Shown here in pieces: positions 56,287 to 64,000 of a stretch of DNA of 64,000 nt. The translations under genes were made by a program, and so were the position numbers. The stretch lies in NCBI RefSeq assembly GCF_036507355.1, contig NZ_AP027877.1; one strand, 5' to 3'. The stretch is from Escherichia coli. GTDB lineage: Bacteria > Pseudomonadota > Gammaproteobacteria > Enterobacterales > Enterobacteriaceae. Numbering within the stretch: the stretch's first letter is position 1; every line of letters begins with the position of its first letter. The notes under the pieces are model-generated. The model was not told where the DNA came from. It saw nothing but the letters and a program-made list of their open reading frames with translations, and did not search any database.

Positions 56287-58392
56287 TTAGTGCGCGCCTT
56301 TCGCCTGCGCTACGATCTCCTCAACATTTTCCGGCATCGGCTCATACGGCGTTTCTTTCGCCGTTGGCTTCGGCTCTTTCAATGCCGCAAGTGCCGTCTT
56401 AATCGAGAACAGTGCCAGAACCACCACGACCACCATAAAGAAGATGGTTAACCCGGCATCCAGACGGTTGTTGAACACCAGTTGCGCCAGCTGTGACTCA
56501 GTATACTGCGACGGAATATTGCCGCTGTCGATCATTGCCTGGAACTTGTTAGCAATGGCCAGGAAGCCGACTTTCGCATCCGGGCTAAACGCTTTCTGCC
56601 AGCCAGCGGTCAGGGTACAAATCAGCAGCCAGGCCGTTGGTACCAGCGCCACCCAGGCGTAACGTTGACGTTTCATTTTGAACAGCACCACGGCACAGAG
56701 CATCAGCGCCATCCCTGCCAGCATCTGGTTGGCAATACCAAACAGCGGCCACAGAGTGTTAATACCGCCCAGCGGATCGACCACACCCTGATGGAGGAAG
56801 TAGCCCCACGCCAGTACGCACAGCGCCGTTGCCAGCAGGTTAGCAGGCAGTGAATCGGTCCGCTTCAGGCCAGGAGACACCACGCCCAGCAGATCCTGCA
56901 ACATAAAGCGCGCAGCACGCGTACCCGCATCTACCGCCGTCAGAATAAACAGAGCTTCAAACAGAATGGCGAAGTGATACCAGAACGCTACATCCATCAT
57001 ACCACCCAGCGCACCGTGCAGGATGTAAGCCATCCCCACCGCCAACGTCGGCGCACCGCCCGCACGGGAAATGATCGACTGTTCACCCACTTCGCTGGCA
57101 ATCTGGTTGAGCGTATCTGGTGTAATGCTAAAGCCCCAGCTACTCACCACCTGCGCGGCAGAAGCGACCACATCCGCCGTCCCTGCCGGAGCCAGCACCG
57201 CCATTGGGCTGTTCATGGCAAAGTAAACGCCCGGATCGATGATACAGGCGGAAACCAGCGCCATAATCGCCACGAAGGATTCCATTAACATTCCACCGTA
57301 GCCGATAAAGCACGCCTGCCCTTCGTTCGCCAGCATCTTCGGCGTGGTGCCGGAAGAGATCAGCGCATGGAAGCCAGACACCGCACCACAGGCGATGGTG
57401 ATAAACAGGAACGGGAACAGGTTACCGGTCCATACCGGGCCAGTGCCATCGACAAATTTGGTCAGCGCAGGCATGGTCAGCGTCGGACGCATAATCAAAA
57501 TGCCTACCGCCAGACCGACGATAGTCCCGATTTTCAGGAAGGTAGAGAGGTAGTCACGCGGGGCCAGCAGTAACCACACCGGCAGCACCGCCGCCACAAA
57601 ACCGTAGCCCACCAGCATCCAGGTCAGCTGCACGCCGGTAAAGTCAAAGTACGGTGCCCAGGTCGGGCTTTCTGCCACCCAGCCGCCAGAGATAATGGCA
57701 AAAATCAGGAACACCAGGCCAATCACTGACACTTCGCCAATACGCCCCGGACGCAGATAGCGCAGGTAGATCCCCATAAACAGCGCCAGCGGAATGGTGA
57801 ACGCAACGGTATACGTTCCCCACGGGCTATGAGTCAGGGCTTTCACCACGATCATCGCCAGCACAGCAAGGATAATGACCATGATCATAAAGCAGGCCAC
57901 CAGCGCGATCACCCCGGCGGTTGGCCCCATCTCTTCTTTGACCAGCTCACCCAGCGAGCGACCGTCACGGCGCGTAGAAACAAACAGCACCATGAAATCC
58001 TGCACCGCACCGGCGAGAACCACCCCGGCGAGCAGCCAGATCATCCCCGGCAGGTAGCCCATTTGTGCTGCCAGCACCGGCCCCACCAGCGGCCCTGCTC
58101 CGGCAATGGCCGCAAAATGGTGACCGAACAGCACTTTCTTGTCCGTCGGCACATAGTCCAGCCCGTCGTTATGCCGCACCGCTGGCGTCATACGCGTCGG
58201 GTCAACCGCCAGCACATTTTTGGCGATATACAGACCATAAAAACGGTAAGCGATCAGATAGATACAGACCGACGCCACCACAATCCACAGTGCGTTGATC
58301 TGTTCCCCACGATTTAAAGCAATGTATCCCAGAGCAAATGCTCCCATTACAGAGAGCACTGTCCAGACGAGGTATTTCCCTGATTTGTTCAT
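56287..58392 (-). CDS. cstA: carbon starvation protein A (peptide/pyruvate transporter family)
   Basis: 701 aa polytopic membrane protein. Confidence 0.92.
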   Translation of the reverse strand: MNKSGKYLVWTVLSVMGAFALGYIALNRGEQINALWIVVASVCIYLIAYRFYGLYIAKNVLAVDPTRMTPAVRHNDGLDYVPTDKKVLFGHHFAAIAGAGPLVGPVLAAQMGYLPGMIWLLAGVVLAGAVQDFMVLFVSTRRDGRSLGELVKEEMGPTAGVIALVACFMIMVIILAVLAMIVVKALTHSPWGTYTVAFTIPLALFMGIYLRYLRPGRIGEVSVIGLVFLIFAIISGGWVAESPTWAPYFDFTGVQLTWMLVGYGFVAAVLPVWLLLAPRDYLSTFLKIGTIVGLAVGILIMRPTLTMPALTKFVDGTGPVWTGNLFPFLFITIACGAVSGFHALISSGTTPKMLANEGQACFIGYGGMLMESFVAIMALVSACIIDPGVYFAMNSPMAVLAPAGTADVVASAAQVVSSWGFSITPDTLNQIASEVGEQSIISRAGGAPTLAVGMAYILHGALGGMMDVAFWYHFAILFEALFILTAVDAGTRAARFMLQDLLGVVSPGLKRTDSLPANLLATALCVLAWGYFLHQGVVDPLGGINTLWPLFGIANQMLAGMALMLCAVVLFKMKRQRYAWVALVPTAWLLICTLTAGWQKAFSPDAKVGFLAIANKFQAMIDSGNIPSQYTESQLAQLVFNNRLDAGLTIFFMVVVVVLALFSIKTALAALKEPKPTAKETPYEPMPENVEEIVAQAKGAH

Positions 58393-58572
58393 AGTTGTTA
58401 TCCGTGTGCGTGTCCATAGAGATGTTACATTTTGTTTCTATAACATCTTTGCGCAATTTAACAACACAGCAACCATGTAAATCGGAGTTGAAACCAATAT
58501 TTAACTTAACAATGTTAACTCGATCACTCCGTTAACCGAGTTTTCCTGCAATCTCATATAATTCTGTCGGGT

Positions 58573-59734
<1,162 letters not shown>

Positions 59735-59735
<1 letters not shown>

Positions 59736-60592
59736 TATTTCACCTCGCGGAAGAGTAGCTTCCACCAGGCGTCGATGGTCGGGTTTTTCGCCAGCATGAC
59801 AAAGTCGATATCACCATGCACTTTGCGCCAGCGCGCCGCCAGCGCCATCATGCGCACCGAATCCAGACCGTAGTCGATCAGGTTGTCGTCATCGAACGGT
59901 TCATCGGACTCGTCCAGCAACGGCAGGATCACCTCACGCAGCGCCGCTTTGCTGGCGGGGATAGGTGCTGGCAGTAATTCTTCGGTCATCACCACCCGGC
60001 CAGAACGTCCGGCCACATATTTCAGCGACATCAAATGCTCGTCACGGCTGAAATCGGCCAGCGCATCCGCCACCATAAACGGTTTAATATCGCGCATAAA
60101 TGCGTCGGTTGCGGTGGTCATACAGCCAATGTGGGCATATACCCCTGTAATAATCAGCTGGTTACGTCCACTCTCTTTGAGCATTTGCTCCAGCGGAGAA
60201 CGATGAAACGCGCTGTAGCGCCACTTCACCAGCACCGTGTCGTCGGCATCTGGCGTCAGGCGATCCACCACCTTTTGCTGTTCCGGCGAGCGGGTCAGGC
60301 CCGGCCCCCACATATCATTCAACAGCGCCCGATCTTCATCGCTCTGCTCTTTCGGCTGGGCGGTGTAATAAACCGGGATATTGTGCTGTTTGCAGTAGTC
60401 GCGCAGCGCAGCAATATTCGCGATCACCTGCTCCATCATCGGGCAGTTCTCGCCCCAGAAGCTGACAAAATAGTCCTGCATATCATGGATTAACAACGCG
60501 GCACGTTGCGGTTCAAAGGCCCAGTCAACTTTATTCTGCGGAATATCGTGAGACTCCGGCAGTGCGTAAGCCTGTAATTTTGGAATAGCCAT
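59735..60592 (-). CDS. entB: isochorismatase / aryl carrier protein
   Basis: 285 aa; isochorismatase N-domain plus C-terminal carrier domain with LGLDSV. Confidence 0.92.
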
Positions 60593-60605
60593 CGTGTTCT
60601 CTCCT

Positions 60606-62216
60606 TCAGGCTGATGCGCGTGACGCCAGCCACTGACGTAATTGTTTTTTATCGACTTTCCCGACCGCCGTCAGCGGAAGTGAATCCACACACTCCACGC
60701 GATCCGGTAATTTAAATTCGGCAATACCCTGTTCACGCAGGAAACGACGCACCTGCACCGCGCGCAGCGGCTCTTTTACCACCAGATAAGCACAGCTTTT
60801 TTCGCCCATCAGCTCATCTTCCATGCTCACCAGTGCGGCATAGATCACCGCCGGATGGCGCAGCAGCAGGTTTTCGATCTCTTCGGCAGCGATCTTCTCG
60901 CCGCCACGGTTGATCTGATCTTTCTCGCGCCCCTGCACGGTGATGTAACCCTCTGGATCAATAGAGATCAGATCGCCGGAACAGTAAAAACCGTTGGCAT
61001 CAAAGGCGCTGGCATTGTGCTGCGGACTTTTGTAATAACCGCGGAAGGTGTACGGCCCGCGCGTCATCAGGCGTCCAACTTCCCCTTGCGGCAGTGGATT
61101 TCCTTCGGCATCGGCAACCCATACTTCATCGTCCGGACACATTGGGTAACCCTGGGTATGGATAATTTTCTCCGCGCTATCATCAAGTCGGGTGTAGTTC
61201 ACCAGCCCTTCCGCCATGCCAAACACCTGCTGCAATTGGCAGCCAATCTCAGCGGGAATACGCGCCGCAAGCGTGGCAGAAAGACGTGCGCCGCCGACCT
61301 GTAACAGTTTTAGCGAGGCAAGCTGCGCCCGGCTTTCGCCTTCAGCCAGCGCCTGCAACCACAGGCTGACTGCCGGCGGCACCAGCGCGGTAACGTTAAC
61401 CTGATGTTTTGCAATCAACGGGAAGCAAAGCGTGGCGCTGGGATCGGCCGCCAGAACAACCGTTCCTCCGGCAAGAAAGACGCCCAGCGATCCCGGCGAA
61501 CTCATGGCGTAGTTATGAGCCGCCGGGATCGCGCACAGGTAGCGCGTCTGTTGTGTGAACTGACAAATCTCGACGCTACGACGCACGCTGTAGTAGTAGT
61601 CGTTATGAGTGCGCGGGATCAGTTTCGGTGTGCCGGTGGTGCCGCCGGAAAGCTGGAAATAGGCCACTTCATCAGCAGGTGACGGCGTGGCAGTAAAATC
61701 CTCAGCCGGATGGTTAATCGCATCCTGCAAGTTATGCTCACCGCTGTCGTTGAGCAGATGCACCACGCGAATGGAGGAATGTTCTGTGACGAAAGTATTG
61801 AGGAAATCATCCCCGCTAAACAGCGCATGTTGGCGATCGGCAATCAGTAACGCCGGTTCAATCTGGCTGGCATAGGCGTTCAGTTCACTACGCTGATGGC
61901 TGAACAGCGCCAGCACTGGCGCAACGCCCAGTTTCAGCAGCGCGAAAAAGGTAATGTAAAGTTCAGCGACGTTACCCAGTTGTACCAGCGCGGTTTCACC
62001 AGGTTTAATGCCCTGACGGCGCAAACTACACGCGAGGTTATCCGCCGCCTGATTCAGCTCCCGATAACTCAACTGCCGCTCGCCGTCGATAACCGCGATG
62101 CTATCGCTCGCGGCGTGGCGGGTCAGAATGTCAGTCAGTGGCAAATCCTGCCAGTAGCCTTTTTCCCGATAGCGACGGGCAAACTCTTCCGGCCAGCGGG
62201 TAAATGGAATGCTCAT
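60606..62216 (-). CDS. entE: 2,3-dihydroxybenzoate-AMP ligase
   Basis: 536 aa adenylation enzyme. Confidence 0.92.
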   Translation of the reverse strand: MSIPFTRWPEEFARRYREKGYWQDLPLTDILTRHAASDSIAVIDGERQLSYRELNQAADNLACSLRRQGIKPGETALVQLGNVAELYITFFALLKLGVAPVLALFSHQRSELNAYASQIEPALLIADRQHALFSGDDFLNTFVTEHSSIRVVHLLNDSGEHNLQDAINHPAEDFTATPSPADEVAYFQLSGGTTGTPKLIPRTHNDYYYSVRRSVEICQFTQQTRYLCAIPAAHNYAMSSPGSLGVFLAGGTVVLAADPSATLCFPLIAKHQVNVTALVPPAVSLWLQALAEGESRAQLASLKLLQVGGARLSATLAARIPAEIGCQLQQVFGMAEGLVNYTRLDDSAEKIIHTQGYPMCPDDEVWVADAEGNPLPQGEVGRLMTRGPYTFRGYYKSPQHNASAFDANGFYCSGDLISIDPEGYITVQGREKDQINRGGEKIAAEEIENLLLRHPAVIYAALVSMEDELMGEKSCAYLVVKEPLRAVQVRRFLREQGIAEFKLPDRVECVDSLPLTAVGKVDKKQLRQWLASRASA

Positions 62217-62225
62217 CCTCGCTCC

Positions 62226-63401
62226 TTAATGCAATCCAAAAACGTTCAACATGGTAGAAAGTTTGACGCCGGTTTCGCGCCACTCACCCAACGGTGACGA
62301 CGCAGGTACAATCCCCGCTCCGGCAAACAGACGCACCTGATTTTCCCGCAGCTTCGCGCAGCGGATGGTCACCACCCATTCGCCGTTACCTTCGCTGTCA
62401 CACCAACCCACAATGCCGCCAAACAGTTCGCGGTCGAACGGCTCCAGTTCAGCAATAACCTGGGTCGCGGCCTGATGCGGGAAACCGCTCAGCGCGGGGG
62501 TCGGATGCAGCAGACAGGCCAGAGTCAGTGCGTTTTCTTGCGAATTCGCTTTACCTTCAAAGGGAGTTGCGAGATGCCACAGCGTCGGCGTGGTAATCAA
62601 TTGTGGAGAGGAGGGAACGTGTAACTCACTACTGCGTTCGCGCAGTACCTCTTTCATCGCCTGAGTCACCAGTTCATGTTCATGGCGATCTTTTTCTGAC
62701 GCCAGCAGACGATTACCCGCTTCGCGATCGAGCACTTCATCCGGCTGACGACGCGCGGAACCGGCTAACGGAATGGAGCTAAAACGCTCGCCGTCTTTAC
62801 GTAGCAGCAGTTCCGGGCTGGCCCCCAGCAGAACGCCACCATCTGCCAACGGCACATGGAAGTTGTAACTTACCGGGTTTTGCGCAATCAACCGTTCCAG
62901 CAATACGCCACTATCAATGGCGGCGTCAGTGGTGATATCAATCAACCGTGACAACACCACTTTGTCGACCTGCGGCGTGGCGGTAAGTGCGGCGGCGCGG
63001 GCAACCATCTGTTCAAACGTGGTTTGTTGCGGAATTGCCTGGCGTTCCACCACATTCAGCGACTGGCTGCGGGTGAAACGGCGTGCGGAAGCTTGTTTTT
63101 CCTGACGGGAGAACGACTGCCAGGATTCGGGAATATACAGCGACGAAGGCTGACGTGGATCGAAGGGAATCGCCCCGACCATCACCGGATTTTTGATGCC
63201 CTGCGCTTTGGCATCGGCAAACAGCGCGGCGAGTTTTTGCTGGAAGGGACTGTCGGGCGAATCCCCGTTCACAGCCGGTTCATCGAAGCGGGCGAAACAT
63301 CCTGACGTCGTAAAACTGCGGTACGGCGACATAAAGAAAAAGCGATTGGGCGCAAGTGTTGCCATGGTCTGCTGTACTTCCTCAGCCAGTGACGTATCCA
63401 T
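62226..63401 (-). CDS. entC: isochorismate synthase
   Basis: ORF 62226..63413 trimmed to [16 protein letters not shown]; 391 aa. Confidence 0.92.
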   Translation of the reverse strand: MDTSLAEEVQQTMATLAPNRFFFMSPYRSFTTSGCFARFDEPAVNGDSPDSPFQQKLAALFADAKAQGIKNPVMVGAIPFDPRQPSSLYIPESWQSFSRQEKQASARRFTRSQSLNVVERQAIPQQTTFEQMVARAAALTATPQVDKVVLSRLIDITTDAAIDSGVLLERLIAQNPVSYNFHVPLADGGVLLGASPELLLRKDGERFSSIPLAGSARRQPDEVLDREAGNRLLASEKDRHEHELVTQAMKEVLRERSSELHVPSSPQLITTPTLWHLATPFEGKANSQENALTLACLLHPTPALSGFPHQAATQVIAELEPFDRELFGGIVGWCDSEGNGEWVVTIRCAKLRENQVRLFAGAGIVPASSPLGEWRETGVKLSTMLNVFGLH

Positions 63402-63430
63402 ATCATCCTCCACAAAATGATAAAGGCTTT

Positions 63431-63449
63431 AATAATGATTATCATTTAT
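63431..63449. promoter_or_regulatory. Fur box in entC/fepB divergent promoter region
   Basis: aataatgattatcatttat matches the iron-box consensus GATAATGATAATCATTATC. Confidence 0.75.
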
Positions 63450-63589
63450 ATTTTCGGTCGCTAACCTAAAAGCAAACGCGCACTATGTCAACTCTTGAGG
63501 TAACGCAATCTGCAACTCGGGGTTGCATCTGGTTGTGGTTACAATGAAAATGAGAAGCATTAACTTCATTAATAACAGGAAGCTGATTT

Positions 63590-64000
63590 GTGAGACTCGC
63601 CCCGCTCTACCGCAACGCCCTTCTATTAACAGGACTTTTGCTTTCAGGAATATCCGCAGTTCAGGCCGCCGACTGGCCGCGTCAGATTACTGACAGCCGT
63701 GGCACTCATACCCTGGAAAGCCAGCCGCAGCGTATTGTTTCCACCAGCGTCACCCTGACCGGCTCACTGCTGGCGATTGATGCTCCGGTGATCGCCAGCG
63801 GCGCGACCACGCCGAATAACCGCGTCGCGGATGACCAGGGCTTTTTACGCCAGTGGAGCAAGGTGGCGAAAGAACGCAAACTGCAACGGCTCTATATCGG
63901 CGAACCGAGCGCCGAAGCCGTTGCCGCGCAAATGCCGGATCTGATTTTAATTAGCGCAACCGGCGGGGATTCGGCGCTGGCGCTGTATGATCAGCTTTCC
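63590..64000 (+). CDS. fepB: ferric enterobactin periplasmic binding protein, 5' part (runs off window end)
   Basis: GTG start; translation [34 protein letters not shown]...; below the ORF-track length cutoff or truncated, so read directly from sequence. Confidence 0.8.
   Translation, partial: MRLAPLYRNALLLTGLLLSGISAVQAADWPRQITDSRGTHTLESQPQRIVSTSVTLTGSLLAIDAPVIASGATTPNNRVADDQGFLRQWSKVAKERKLQRLYIGEPSAEAVAAQMPDLILISATGGDSALALYDQLS

Overview
This 64 kb window reads as an Escherichia coli-type chromosomal segment running from the 3' end of lnt to the 5' end of fepB. All calls rest on the supplied six-frame ORF track plus recognition of the translated proteins and sequence motifs; no database search was run, so gene names are recognitions, not hits. 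Gene order: gltIJKL (glutamate/aspartate ABC transporter), rihA, an atypical Hsp70 cluster (hscC, djlC, ybeU, ybeT, djlB, ybeR, ybeQ), ybeL, then a housekeeping block (leuS, lptE, holA, nadD, cobC, rsfS, rlmH, mrdA, mrdB, rlpA, dacA, ybeD, lipB, ybeF, lipA), tatE, ybeM, crcB, cspE, a 5'-truncated pagP, a complete 768 bp IS1, a 5'-truncated dcuC, dpiAB, the citrate lyase operon citCDEFXG-citT, rna, rnk, a ybdR pseudogene, uspG, ahpCF, dsbG, ybdO, ybdNM, ybdL, ybdH, ybdD, cstA, the enterobactin operon entCEBAH and the start of fepB. No rRNA, tRNA, CRISPR array or prophage was seen. The best candidate for an undescribed system is the duplicated module around hscC: two paralogous units, each a DUF1266-like protein translationally coupled to a membrane-anchored J-domain protein and divergently paired with a Sel1-repeat protein. 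Other points worth a second look are the IS1 that replaces the pagP-dcuC divergent promoter region, ochre stops in ybdR and ybeF, and the overlapping ybdN-ybdM pair (PP-loop ATPase plus ParB/Srx-like protein).
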